Shown piece after piece: positions 26,003 to 35,716 of a stretch of 48,791 nt of DNA. The position numbers and the translations under genes are program-made. Positions within the stretch are counted from its first letter, which is position 1. Every line of letters starts with the position of its first letter. The notes beneath the pieces were generated by a model. The model was not told where the DNA came from. It saw only the letters and a list, made by a program, of their open reading frames with translations, and made no database searches. This DNA comes from an uncultured Lentimicrobiaceae bacterium (GTDB lineage: Bacteria > Bacteroidota > Bacteroidia > Bacteroidales > WCHB1-69): NCBI GenBank assembly GCA_964632815.1, contig CAZWCI010000001.1, forward strand, positions 5,658 to 54,448, written 5' to 3'.

Positions 26003-27046
26003 ATGGATGAAACAAGAGTAGGGGAGATGTTGTCTTCTCAAGGAAAATATGATTGGCTGCAAAGTATCAGAAAAGAGTTTAAAAAGTATCATAAATCGAC
26101 CGGTAATGAAGAAGATGATGCAGGAACAATTTTACAAGATGAACGTCAGACTCTGATTTCTACAAAATTGTTTCTTGATGCCATACATTTTGATTTAACA
26201 TATTTTCCGCTCAAGCATTTGGGCTATAAAATTGTTTCAATTACGATATCCGATATTCTGGCGATGAATGGTATCCCCACCCATTTAATGATTCACCTTG
26301 GGGTTTCAAATCGTTTTTCATTGGCTAATGTTGAAGAAATTCTGTTTGGCGTGAGGTATTGTTGTCAACAATATAAACTTGATTTGATACAGTTGGATGT
26401 TGATACTTCATGTCAAGGCCTTGTGGCTTCAGTTACTTCATATGGAGAAGTTGAGGCATCGAAGAAGGTTTCGAGAGACGGAGCTAAAGAAAATGACCTT
26501 ATTTGTGTTTCAGGAGATTTGGCTGCTGCCTACGCAGGGTTGCTCCTTTTGGAAAGAGAGAAAAAAGTTTTTCAAGTGAATCCGCAATCACAACCGGATT
26601 TTGCAGGTTATGACTACTTATTGGAAAGACAACTTAAACCGGAACCAAGATTCGAGATCATTAAAAGTCTTAAGAAATCTAATATTCAGCCCTCTGCCAT
26701 GATTCATGTTAATCACGGATTGGCTGCTGCAGCAATTCATATATGCCGAGCTTCTCAAGTAGGTTGCCGAATTTTTGAAGAAAAACTTCCTATTGATATT
26801 TTAACTTTTCAAACATTAAAAGAATTAAATATTGTTCCAACAACCATTGCCCTTAATGGCGGGGATGATAATGAAATTCTTTTTACAATATCACAATCGG
26901 ATTACGAAAAAATAAGTACCATTAAGGAAATTACCGTTATTGGCTATATAAAAGACAAAAACTCCGGCTGCAATTTGATTACCAATGATGAAAAGCAAAT
27001 TCCATTGACAGCACAAGAGTTTTCCCCTTTTTCTTCCACTGATTAA
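26003..27046 (+). CDS. thiL: Thiamine-monophosphate kinase-like protein (AIR-synthase-related fold)
   Basis: 347 aa. DDAGTIL...LISTKLFLDAIHFDLTYFPLKHLGYKIVSITISDILAMNG matches the ThiL N-terminal signature, with GDLAAAYAG later in the protein. Confidence 0.65.
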   Translation: MDETRVGEMLSSQGKYDWLQSIRKEFKKYHKSTGNEEDDAGTILQDERQTLISTKLFLDAIHFDLTYFPLKHLGYKIVSITISDILAMNGIPTHLMIHLGVSNRFSLANVEEILFGVRYCCQQYKLDLIQLDVDTSCQGLVASVTSYGEVEASKKVSRDGAKENDLICVSGDLAAAYAGLLLLEREKKVFQVNPQSQPDFAGYDYLLERQLKPEPRFEIIKSLKKSNIQPSAMIHVNHGLAAAAIHICRASQVGCRIFEEKLPIDILTFQTLKELNIVPTTIALNGGDDNEILFTISQSDYEKISTIKEITVIGYIKDKNSGCNLITNDEKQIPLTAQEFSPFSSTD

Positions 27047-27049
27047 TTT

Positions 27050-28498
27050 TTAGAATTTAAATCCTGCAGTTAAAGCAATTTTGTGATACGCATATTCAGT
27101 TTCAGCTGCATTAACGTAAATTGGATTATATAACCAATATTTTTCTTTGGATAATTTTAAAGAATACGCAAGGTCCAAGAAAAAACTTTTGCTACGGAAT
27201 CCGACACCTCCGGCTGCAGTATGAGAAGAGCCATCGTTGATGTTGTCTTTATAAGGACTACTTTTATAGTTATATCCTAATCTTATTAAGAAATTCTCAT
27301 TTAGGGCAACTTCTCCACCAACTCTTACTGAATGTTGAGCTCCGTATTTATTCCGAATATCCTGATTCTCATCGGAAAATGAATAATCATTCGCAAATAA
27401 TGAACTCATTCCGTAATTTGCAAATTCATATTCAGCACTGATAAATGCTCTTTTCTTTATAAAAAAAGCAAGATTACCCATAATGCATAGAGGAGTGGTT
27501 AATTTGTATCTGTAATATTGCTCAGGTGATTCCTCTGAATAAGTTCTATCACTGTAGTTTGCAATAAGATCTCTTCTGTAAGTGTCTTTTAAACTATTGT
27601 AAAATGTAGGTGTATGAAATGCAACACCAAATCGCATAAAATCAACTGGTTGGTAAAGAATACCTATTTTAAAATTAATTCCTGTTCCTCGAGTATATAA
27701 ATAATCTTCCATCTCATAATCTTCAAATCCTCCGATGGAATCTATTTCATCTATTTCCTCGTATGTGGACTTTTCAATATAATTGATGAAAGGAACCCCA
27801 ATAGTTCCTCCGAGGTATAATTTGTCCCCGTAATTACCACCGAATGAAAAATTCATCTCATCAATAGCTCCACTAGTATGAATATATTTTGATTGTTTTA
27901 AGGATTGTTTTTCTAATGGACTATAGTAAACCCCTTGAGCTGAATCATAATCCAATAGCCATGTATTCCAAGCCAAGTATGTGTCAAAAGGTCCGGATTC
28001 AGACAAATCTCTGCTTGATTGATTGGCCGCATTCACAAATTCATCCATAAGCGAACTATTTGCACTTGTACCTTCAATGCGGAGTTCATTATTAAAATCT
28101 GCAATTCGATTATACCCGAATCCAAATTGCACTCCTTTCCAACTTGAAGTTTCCGGTGTTGAAAAAGCCAAGACAACTCCTGCATTGGATAAATGATAAT
28201 TATTGGAAAGATATTTTGATAAATTTTTATTGTACGATGAAGAAGAGTTCATGATGGTAACTACCAAAGGTGTAAAAGTGACTTCACTTTTTTTAAATAC
28301 ACCGATTGCAGCAGGATTCGTAGCTAAAGCTGAAAATTCAGCTCCTACAGCTCCAAAAGCACCACCTGCTCCCATAAATCTTGCAGTACCACTCCAATCT
28401 GTCTGAGAAAATCTAAATGCATCTATGTCATTTTGGCCTTTTGTGTTGAGAAAAGAAATGCATAGAATAAAGCTGATTAAAATAATTCCCTTTTTCAT
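27050..28498 (-). CDS. Outer-membrane beta-barrel protein, FadL/PorV-superfamily-like
   Basis: 482 aa with a signal peptide. The N-terminal motif GTARFMGAGGAFGAVGAEFSALATNPAAIG is characteristic of FadL/PorV-type barrels. The C terminus ends ...ALTAGFKF (terminal aromatic residue). Confidence 0.65.
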   Translation of the reverse strand: MKKGIILISFILCISFLNTKGQNDIDAFRFSQTDWSGTARFMGAGGAFGAVGAEFSALATNPAAIGVFKKSEVTFTPLVVTIMNSSSSYNKNLSKYLSNNYHLSNAGVVLAFSTPETSSWKGVQFGFGYNRIADFNNELRIEGTSANSSLMDEFVNAANQSSRDLSESGPFDTYLAWNTWLLDYDSAQGVYYSPLEKQSLKQSKYIHTSGAIDEMNFSFGGNYGDKLYLGGTIGVPFINYIEKSTYEEIDEIDSIGGFEDYEMEDYLYTRGTGINFKIGILYQPVDFMRFGVAFHTPTFYNSLKDTYRRDLIANYSDRTYSEESPEQYYRYKLTTPLCIMGNLAFFIKKRAFISAEYEFANYGMSSLFANDYSFSDENQDIRNKYGAQHSVRVGGEVALNENFLIRLGYNYKSSPYKDNINDGSSHTAAGGVGFRSKSFFLDLAYSLKLSKEKYWLYNPIYVNAAETEYAYHKIALTAGFKF

Positions 28499-28550
28499 AA
28501 TTATAAATTAAATGGTTTGATGTTTATAAGATTAATAATTTAGGGTAAAA

Positions 28551-30380
28551 TTATCTTCCTCTTCTTGAGGAACTACTGCTACCGGAAGATGAAGATGAGG
28601 AACTGCGACCAGAACTCGGGGAAGAATAAGAAGATCTGTTTGACGAACTACTTGATCCGGAATATGAAGAGCGATTGGAAGAAGAGTTGTTGGAAGGACT
28701 AGAGTACGAGGAGCGATTAGATGAAGAGTTTGAAGGACTGGAATATGAAGAACGATTGGAGGAAGAGTTTGAAGGTTTAGAGTATGAAGAGTTGCTATTG
28801 GTATTTTGAGGTGTTGAATAAGATGGACGTGAAGAAGAATTGGAGTTTGTGGGTGTTGAATATCTCGAACTTCCGGAAGAATTTGAAGGGGCAGTATATG
28901 AAGAGCCATTATTGTTCCTATTGTCCCTATTATAAGTTGGTCTTGCATTTGAAGGGCGATAACCGTCATAGTTGCGATTGCTATTAGAAGGAGCAGAATT
29001 ATTTCGATTGTAATCCGTATTGCGAGAAGGAGGTGTGCTTTGACGATTATAGTTAGGATTGTTTGGTGTAGGATTTGTTTTTGGTGCAGAAGGAGCTTGT
29101 CTCTGTGGTGTGTTATAATTAGGTGCCGGTGTCGTTTTGTTGACAGGAGTATTTTGATTCGTATTTGTGTTTACATTCGTAGGTGGAGCTTGTTTGTTTT
29201 GAGCATTGTTGTTATTGGTATTCGGTTTTGTTCCGGCAGTCGGTGCAGCTGGGGGAGTTGGGTTCGTAGTGGTCGGAGGTGTTTTATTTACCCGAGCATC
29301 GTTATTATTCCCCGAATTAACTACCGGAGTCTTTCCGGGCATAGGGTTTTCAACTTTAGTTTTTTCACCTACAGAAGTATTGTTGGTTGGAGGAACGACC
29401 TCTTTCACTGTAGTAGCCGTGCCTGTGTTGGGGGTAGCAGGATTTGTTGCTTTTTGATTTGCAATAGTTGAAGTGCCACTTCCGGAAATATGAGAAGTTG
29501 GTCCATTGGCAATAATTTGATCATATCTTTCATTGAAACTTACAGGAGTTAAAGAATGAGAGGTAGAACCCGAAGCCGGTCCATTACTGCCTCTTCCGTA
29601 ATCGTCAGGTCTTTCGCCTCTTGAATTGTTGGTTGATGCAATTCCATTGGAACTTCCGATACGATTACGGTGTCCATAAAAATAGGAGCGGTTGTTGTCA
29701 TAATAGTTGTGATAATAACCTGCATAATAACCGGAGTAATAACCATCATAATAACCATGATTATATCCGTTCCAATATCCGCCCCAATAAGGACGATGAC
29801 ATCCCCATCCCCATCCGTAATTAAAGCCGTATGAATAGTATCCATAGCCATAATAATATGGACGGTAATATGTGGTAGGCCACCACCAATCATATCCTAA
29901 ATAAATACTCATTCCCCAACTTGAAGGTGAATAGTCATACCAATACAAATTGGTATAGTAAGGATCGTAATATCCCCAGCCTGCATACGAATCATTGTGG
30001 AAACGGCGTATACGAGAGGTGTAATAATAATCGTAATAATCATCTTCATCATAATAATTATAATTATTTACGATGTATGTATTTCCTGTACTTTCTTCAT
30101 AATAAGTTATGGAGTCTGAATAATTGACATTATTATTGTAATTATTATTGGCATCTGCTTCATAATCGTAATAACCATTACTACTTTCATAAGATTGATA
30201 TTGGGGTGTCTCTTCAGAATAATCAGAATAAGTAGTAGTTGGAGTTTTTTTACTTTCTTTATGATATTGTTGGTCAGAAGAAGTGGTGTATATATCATCA
30301 TAATAGGTTAAAGAGCCTAATTTGCATGAAGTTGCGAGAAATGCAGTCAAGGTAATTATGATAAAAATATTTTTTTTCAT
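28551..30380 (-). CDS. Low-complexity lipoprotein: Tyr/Trp/Gly-rich region (YXWGXW-repeat-like), then Thr/Pro/Asn-rich region, then Ser/Asn/Arg tandem repeats
   Basis: 609 aa. The lipoprotein signal is MKKNIFIIITLTAFLATSC. The N-terminal half contains runs such as WGYYDPYYTNLYWYDY, GYDWWWPTTYYRPYYYGYGYYSYGFNYGWGWG and GYYDGYYSGYYAGYYHNYY. The C-terminal SSYSSPSNSSSNR units end in RRGR. This is the only long ORF in this region with a signal peptide, and the antisense ORFs look like composition artefacts. Confidence 0.7.
   Translation of the reverse strand: MKKNIFIIITLTAFLATSCKLGSLTYYDDIYTTSSDQQYHKESKKTPTTTYSDYSEETPQYQSYESSNGYYDYEADANNNYNNNVNYSDSITYYEESTGNTYIVNNYNYYDEDDYYDYYYTSRIRRFHNDSYAGWGYYDPYYTNLYWYDYSPSSWGMSIYLGYDWWWPTTYYRPYYYGYGYYSYGFNYGWGWGCHRPYWGGYWNGYNHGYYDGYYSGYYAGYYHNYYDNNRSYFYGHRNRIGSSNGIASTNNSRGERPDDYGRGSNGPASGSTSHSLTPVSFNERYDQIIANGPTSHISGSGTSTIANQKATNPATPNTGTATTVKEVVPPTNNTSVGEKTKVENPMPGKTPVVNSGNNNDARVNKTPPTTTNPTPPAAPTAGTKPNTNNNNAQNKQAPPTNVNTNTNQNTPVNKTTPAPNYNTPQRQAPSAPKTNPTPNNPNYNRQSTPPSRNTDYNRNNSAPSNSNRNYDGYRPSNARPTYNRDNRNNNGSSYTAPSNSSGSSRYSTPTNSNSSSRPSYSTPQNTNSNSSYSKPSNSSSNRSSYSSPSNSSSNRSSYSSPSNNSSSNRSSYSGSSSSSNRSSYSSPSSGRSSSSSSSGSSSSSRRGR
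28605..28790 (-). repeat. In-frame imperfect tandem repeats (30-42 bp units, core 39 bp) encoding SSYS-PSNSSSNR
   Basis: I decoded units at 28752-28790 (SSYSKPSNSSSNR) and 28713-28751 (SSYSSPSNSSSNR). Three further units follow at 28671-28712 (SSYSSPSNNSSSNR), 28635-28670 (SSYSGSSSSSNR) and 28605-28634 (SSYSSPSSGR). Confidence 0.85.
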
Positions 30381-30422
30381 GGCTATATCTCCTATCCTTT
30401 AAATTAATTGCTTTTAATTGTT

Positions 30423-30430
30423 TATTTTTG
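30423..30430 (+). promoter_or_regulatory. -7 promoter box (TAnnTTTG) for proS
   Basis: TATTTTTG lies 60 nt upstream of the ATG at 30490. It falls inside the TTG-initiated N-terminal extension proposed by the ORF track, which argues against that extension. Confidence 0.45.
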
Positions 30431-30489
30431 CACGATTTAATATTGTAGACTACAAAGATAGTAAAAAGTTAATTTATAAACGAAAAATA

Positions 30490-31965
30490 ATGGCGAAAAG
30501 TTTTACGACACGCGAGGAAAATTATGCACAATGGTATAATGATATTGTGAAAAAAGCGGACTTGGCTGAAAATTCGGCAGTAAGAGGATGTATGGTAATT
30601 AAACCCTATGGATATGCCATCTGGGAAAAAATGCAGTCTATTCTTGATAAAATGTTCAAAGATACTGGGCATGTGAATGCCTACTTCCCACTTTTTATAC
30701 CGAAATCTTTTTTTAGTAAAGAAGCTAATCATGTTAAAGGATTTGCAAAGGAATGTGCGGTCATTACACATTATCGACTGAAAAACGATCCCGATGGCAA
30801 TGGCATTATTGTGGATCCTGAGGCAAAGTTAGAGGAAGAATTAATTGTAAGACCAACTTCAGAAACAATTATTTGGGATACCTATAAAAATTGGATTCAA
30901 TCATACCGAGATTTACCTATACTGTGTAATCAATGGGCAAATGTGGTGAGATGGGAGATGCGGACACGTTTATTTCTTAGAACTGCTGAGTTTTTATGGC
31001 AGGAGGGTCATACAGCACATGCTACACGTAAAGAAGCCCTTGAAGAAGCAAGTAAAATGCTAGATGTTTATGCCGATTTTGCCGAAAATTTTATGGGAAT
31101 TCCGGTAATTAAAGGATATAAATCTCCGAATGAACGTTTCGCCGGTGCAGAAGATACCTATTGCATTGAGGCACTCATGCAAGATGGAAAAGCCCTTCAA
31201 GCCGGAACTTCTCATTTTCTTGGTCAGAATTTTGCAAAAGCTTTTGACGTTAAATTTTTAAATAAAGAGAACCAATTAGAATATGTATGGGCTACTTCGT
31301 GGGGCGTTTCAACCCGTTTGATAGGCGCACTGATTATGACACATTCCGATGATAACGGATTGGTGTTGCCTCCAAAATTAGCACCTATACAGGTAGTTAT
31401 TATTCCAATTTATAAAACAGAAGAACAATTACAAGCAATCTCTTCCGTTGTGGAACCTTTGATAAGCCAACTTAAAGCTAAAAATATTACAGTAAAATAT
31501 GATGCTGACGATTCAAAACGCTCCGGATGGAAATTTAATGAATATGAAATGAAAGGAGTTCCGGTTAGAATAGCCATCGGTCCGAGAGATTTAGAACAAA
31601 ATAGAGTGGAAGTGGCAAGAAGGGATACCCTTGAGAAAATATCCATGTCTATCGAAGGATTGCCGGAAAATATTCAAGCATTATTGGATGAAATTCAACA
31701 AAATATTTATCAAAGAGCATTGAAGTTTAGAGAAGAAAATACTCGAAAAGCAGATACTTGGGAAGAGTTTGTAGCCATTCTGGATAATCAACCCGGATTT
31801 GTATTGGCGCATTGGGATGGAACGGCAGAAACAGAAGAACTTATCAAAGAAAAAACGAAAGCTACGATTCGTGCAATTCCTTTTAATGCACCTAAGCAAG
31901 AAGGAAAATGTATTTTGACAGGAAAACCTTCCCAACAAAGAGTGCTTTTTGCACGTGCTTATTAA
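30490..31965 (+). CDS. proS: Prolyl-tRNA synthetase (archaeal/eukaryote-like short type common in Bacteroidota)
   Basis: It starts [27 protein letters not shown]. Class II motifs are [25 protein letters not shown] and [14 protein letters not shown]. The C terminus is ...RVLFARAY. Confidence 0.92.
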   Translation: MAKSFTTREENYAQWYNDIVKKADLAENSAVRGCMVIKPYGYAIWEKMQSILDKMFKDTGHVNAYFPLFIPKSFFSKEANHVKGFAKECAVITHYRLKNDPDGNGIIVDPEAKLEEELIVRPTSETIIWDTYKNWIQSYRDLPILCNQWANVVRWEMRTRLFLRTAEFLWQEGHTAHATRKEALEEASKMLDVYADFAENFMGIPVIKGYKSPNERFAGAEDTYCIEALMQDGKALQAGTSHFLGQNFAKAFDVKFLNKENQLEYVWATSWGVSTRLIGALIMTHSDDNGLVLPPKLAPIQVVIIPIYKTEEQLQAISSVVEPLISQLKAKNITVKYDADDSKRSGWKFNEYEMKGVPVRIAIGPRDLEQNRVEVARRDTLEKISMSIEGLPENIQALLDEIQQNIYQRALKFREENTRKADTWEEFVAILDNQPGFVLAHWDGTAETEELIKEKTKATIRAIPFNAPKQEGKCILTGKPSQQRVLFARAY

Positions 31966-31983
31966 AAATTATAAATATTACCG

Positions 31984-33711
31984 ATGTCTGAGGAATTTCA
32001 TTTTCTTTCAGATTTAGCCCTAATTCTTATATCTGCAGGGTTTGTTACGATTATTTTTAAATTATTAAAACAACCCCTTGTTCCCGGTTATATTTTAGCC
32101 GGGTTTTTAGTAAGTCCTTATTGCAGTATTTTTCCTTCGGTTGTGGATATGGAAAATGTTCATGAATGGTCTGAAATTGGGATAGTTTTTCTCCTTTTTG
32201 CATTGGGTCTTGATTTTAGTTTTAAAAAATTATTTAGAATAGGAAATTCTGCTTTTATTGCGGCAGGGATTGAGATTCTTGGTATGATTTTAATAGGCTT
32301 TATTACAGGTCGCTTTTTGGGATGGAATGGAATGGAAAGTCTTTTTTTTGGAGGGATGCTGGCAATGTCATCAACCATGATTATCATTAAAGTTTTTGAA
32401 GAACTGAATCTTTCCAAAGAACGTTTTTCGGATGTAGTAATGGTAATCCTTATTCTTCAGGATTTAGTGGCCATTATTATGATGGTTATGTTGTCTACAA
32501 CATCAGCAAGTCAGCATTTTGAAGGAGAAACGCTGCTGAGATTACTGATGAAGTTAGTGTTCTTTCTTATTCTTTGGTTTGTTGTTGGGATCGCATTGTT
32601 ACCGACTTTTTTTAAGAAATTAAAAAAATGGATTAACGATGAAACTTTACTGATTTTTTCAATCGGTCTTTGTTTTGGAATGGTTGGATTAGCTAAATAT
32701 TTGGGATTCTCAACCGCTCTTGGGGCATTTGTGATGGGCTCAATTTTGGCGGAAACAATTGAGGGAGAAAAGATCCAGAATTTAATCAAGGGAATTAAGG
32801 TTCTTTTTGGTGCTATTTTTTTTGTTTCGGTGGGCATGCTGTTAGATATTACGATAATAGGGCAATATTGGGATACGATTATCGTAATTTCTTTATTGTC
32901 GATTTTTGTCAAAGGTTTTATTTCTACTGCAGGAGTGTTGATTGCGGGAGAACCATTTAAAGTAGCGGTGCGTTCAGGATTTAGTTTATCTCAAGTAGGT
33001 GAATTTGCTTTTATCATCGCTTCTTTGGGAGTGTCTTTGAAAGTTATGCGATCTGAAATTTATCCTATTATTGTAGCGGCATCAGTCATTACAATATTTA
33101 CAACGCCCTTTGCCATTCGCTTTTCGGCTCCATTTTCCACTTGGATTTTTTCGAGATTTTCTCCTAAAGTAAAGCGATTTTTGAATAATTACGAAAAAGA
33201 AGCTCAAAATATTAAAAAAGAAACGGTTAAAAGTAAGATTATTAAAAATGTTTTGGTTAGAATGATTGTCCTTTCTGTCATTATTATTGCTATTTTGCTG
33301 TTTTGTTTTTCCTATTTGAATCCTTTTATTTTTAAGATAATCACACATAGAATTTCTCATAATTGGGCAATGCTTGTAAATACATTTGTCCCGTTAAGCT
33401 TAATTGCTCCTTTTTTGGTGGGACTTATGACCGGAAAACAAAAAGATATTGAGCTTTATGCAATGGTCTGGAAAGAGAGTAAAGCAGGTCGTTATCTTTT
33501 GTTGAGTTGGATTATCTTGCGTACAATGTTGGTTGTCTTTTTTGTGATTATTCTTCTCTCAAAATATTTCACATTTTCTATATGGCTCATCATTGGGATT
33601 GCATTATTAATTGTTTTTATAATTTTTATTTCGAGAAAAGCATTTAAACGTTATTCTAAAATAGAAACCTATTTTTTATCAAATTTGAATTTAAAAGAGG
33701 ATGACGTATAG
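31984..33711 (+). CDS. Cation:proton antiporter (CPA2/Kef-type Na+/H+ exchanger family) with extra C-terminal membrane region
   Basis: 575 aa and polytopic. The N terminus LALILISAGFVTIIFKLLKQPLVPGYILAGFLVSP is typical of CPA2 TM1-2. Confidence 0.75.
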   Translation: MSEEFHFLSDLALILISAGFVTIIFKLLKQPLVPGYILAGFLVSPYCSIFPSVVDMENVHEWSEIGIVFLLFALGLDFSFKKLFRIGNSAFIAAGIEILGMILIGFITGRFLGWNGMESLFFGGMLAMSSTMIIIKVFEELNLSKERFSDVVMVILILQDLVAIIMMVMLSTTSASQHFEGETLLRLLMKLVFFLILWFVVGIALLPTFFKKLKKWINDETLLIFSIGLCFGMVGLAKYLGFSTALGAFVMGSILAETIEGEKIQNLIKGIKVLFGAIFFVSVGMLLDITIIGQYWDTIIVISLLSIFVKGFISTAGVLIAGEPFKVAVRSGFSLSQVGEFAFIIASLGVSLKVMRSEIYPIIVAASVITIFTTPFAIRFSAPFSTWIFSRFSPKVKRFLNNYEKEAQNIKKETVKSKIIKNVLVRMIVLSVIIIAILLFCFSYLNPFIFKIITHRISHNWAMLVNTFVPLSLIAPFLVGLMTGKQKDIELYAMVWKESKAGRYLLLSWIILRTMLVVFFVIILLSKYFTFSIWLIIGIALLIVFIIFISRKAFKRYSKIETYFLSNLNLKEDDV

Positions 33712-33776
33712 ACAGAAGCAGAGAATAATTAAAAAAATAATCATAAAGATAAGAAAATAAGCTATAATTATTTTAG

Positions 33777-33784
33777 TATTTTTG
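33777..33784 (+). promoter_or_regulatory. -7 promoter box (TAnnTTTG)
   Basis: TATTTTTG lies 20 nt upstream of the ATG at 33804. Confidence 0.45.
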
Positions 33785-33803
33785 CATTCTTTAAATAGAG
33801 GCA

Positions 33804-34415
33804 ATGAAGATTATCTGTATAGGGAAAAATTATTTGAGTCATATTCAAGAGTTTGCTCAACAACCTCCCAAAACTCCTGTTTTTTTCTTCAAACCCGATT
33901 CTTCCATTTTAAATAGAAATAGACCATTTTTTCTTCCTGATTTTTCGGAAGATATTCAGTATGAAGTTGAATTGTTAGTCAGAATTAATAAAGTGGGAAA
34001 ATATATCCAAAAAAAATATGCTCATACTTATTATGATGAGGTAGGATTAGGTATTGATATTACAGCCAGAGACTTACAAAGAAAATGTGTGGCTCAGGGG
34101 CACCCGTGGGAAGTAGCAAAAGGGTTTGATGGTTCTGCTGTAGTGAGCAAATTTGTGAAAAAGGAGATCTTTCCTGATATTAATAACATCTCTTTTCATC
34201 TGTTGTTAAATAATCGATGTGTCCAAAAAGGCAATAGTTCGGAAATGCTATTGGGAATTGACGACATAATTGTTTATGTGTCCCAATTTGTAACTCTTAA
34301 AACGGGAGACATTATTTTTACAGGAACTCCCGCGGGTGTGGGGACACTTCATATCAATGATCATTTACAAGGATTTATTGAGGATGAAAAATTTATAGAT
34401 TTTAAAATAAAATAA
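33804..34415 (+). CDS. Fumarylacetoacetate hydrolase (FAH) family protein
   Basis: 203 aa. Motifs are MKIICIGKNY, PVFFFKP, EVELLVRINK, GIDITARDLQ, PWEVAKGFDGSA and FTGTPAGVG. Confidence 0.8.
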   Translation: MKIICIGKNYLSHIQEFAQQPPKTPVFFFKPDSSILNRNRPFFLPDFSEDIQYEVELLVRINKVGKYIQKKYAHTYYDEVGLGIDITARDLQRKCVAQGHPWEVAKGFDGSAVVSKFVKKEIFPDINNISFHLLLNNRCVQKGNSSEMLLGIDDIIVYVSQFVTLKTGDIIFTGTPAGVGTLHINDHLQGFIEDEKFIDFKIK

Positions 34416-34446
34416 CATTAATTATTATCCACCAAAAAGAAGAATT

Positions 34447-35703
34447 ATGAATTTAAAAATGCGATTAATTGTAATGAATTTTCTCCAATACTTTATTTGG
34501 GGGGCTTGGCTAATTTCCTTAGGAAGTTATTTGGGCGGAGCCTTAGGCTTTAACGGAGTTCAAATCGGAAGTTTTTATGCCATTATGGGGATTACGTCGC
34601 TCTTTATGCCTGCTGTAATGGGAATTGTTGCAGATCGATGGATCCCGGCTCAAAAGCTATTGGGAATATGTCACCTGCTGGGAGGGTTATTCATTTTTAT
34701 GGCTGCTTTTGCAACCGATTATAATGCATTGTATTCCTTTATCTTTCTCGGTGTTGCATTTTATATGCCAACTATTGCTCTTTCTAATTCTGTGGCCTAT
34801 TTTGCACTTGAAAAATTTGGATTCGATACGATTAAAGATTTTCCACCGATACGGGTGTTTGGAACAATAGGCTTTATTGCTGCTATGTGGACAGTTGACC
34901 TTACCGGTTTTAAAGTGTCCGAATTACAATTTTATGTGTCCGCAATAGCTTCTCTTTTATTAGGAATTTATTCATTTACTTTACCTCATTGCCCGGTTAA
35001 TAAATCTGTTGAAAAGAAATCTTTTGTAGAAGCGCTGGGCTTAAAAGCGTTTACTTTATTTAAAGATAGTAAAATGGCTATTTTCTTTATTTTCTCTATG
35101 CTTTTGGGGGCTGCATTACAAATTACAAACGGGTTCGGAGATTTATATATCAATAGTTTCGCTAATGATCCTGTATTCGCAGACGCATGGGGCGTTAAGC
35201 ATTCAGTGATGCTTATTTCATTATCTCAAATATCAGAAACATTATGTATTTTATTAATTCCATTCTTCCTTAAACGTTTTGGAATAAAGAAAGTAATGTT
35301 GTTAAGTATGTTTGCATGGGTGCTTCGTTTTGCTTTATTTGGTACTGGAGATCCGGGTTCGGGAATATGGATGCTTGTTCTTTCTATGTTGGTTTACGGA
35401 ATGGCTTTCGATTTCTTTAATATTTCAGGAGCACTTTTTGTAAATCAGGAAACATCTCCCTCCATTCGTTCGAGTGCACAAGGATTATTTATGATTATGA
35501 CCAATGGCTTCGGTGCAACTATTGGTTCTTTTGCTGCAGGTGCAGTTGTGAAGAATTTTGTTCCTAATCCTGCAGGCAGTCCTATGGGATGGGATGTAGC
35601 ATGGTTTATTTTTGCAGGTTATGCCCTTGTGGTTGCGATTATCTTTGGATTGGTGTTTAAGTATAAACATAATCCCGATGCCATAAAAGAGATTCATCAT
35701 TAA
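34447..35703 (+). CDS. Nucleoside:H+ symporter (NupG/XapB-type MFS permease)
   Basis: 418 aa with about 12 TM helices. The N terminus MRLIVMNFLQYFIWGAWLISLGSYL is characteristic of the nucleoside permease family. Confidence 0.75.
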   Translation: MNLKMRLIVMNFLQYFIWGAWLISLGSYLGGALGFNGVQIGSFYAIMGITSLFMPAVMGIVADRWIPAQKLLGICHLLGGLFIFMAAFATDYNALYSFIFLGVAFYMPTIALSNSVAYFALEKFGFDTIKDFPPIRVFGTIGFIAAMWTVDLTGFKVSELQFYVSAIASLLLGIYSFTLPHCPVNKSVEKKSFVEALGLKAFTLFKDSKMAIFFIFSMLLGAALQITNGFGDLYINSFANDPVFADAWGVKHSVMLISLSQISETLCILLIPFFLKRFGIKKVMLLSMFAWVLRFALFGTGDPGSGIWMLVLSMLVYGMAFDFFNISGALFVNQETSPSIRSSAQGLFMIMTNGFGATIGSFAAGAVVKNFVPNPAGSPMGWDVAWFIFAGYALVVAIIFGLVFKYKHNPDAIKEIHH

Positions 35704-35716
35704 TAATATACTCCCA

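Noticed and set aside
28532-30301. Cluster of overlapping ORFs in other frames and strands (28532-28969, 28784-28987, 29040-29471, 29206-29457, 29549-29893, 29621-29824, 29921-30127, 30107-30301)
   Set aside because: All lie inside the low-complexity lipoprotein gene. Repetitive, codon-biased DNA keeps several frames open by chance. None has a signal peptide, promoter box or independent start context.
30418-30489. N-terminal extensions proposed by the track for proS (TTG at 30418), nadB (TTG at 36525), the EEP protein (43056), the OstA-like protein (9748), the OMP (17015) and the BatD-like protein (TTG at 21698)
   Set aside because: In each case an internal ATG gives the canonical N terminus or a proper signal peptide. 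In some cases the extension also overlaps a promoter box or the upstream gene.
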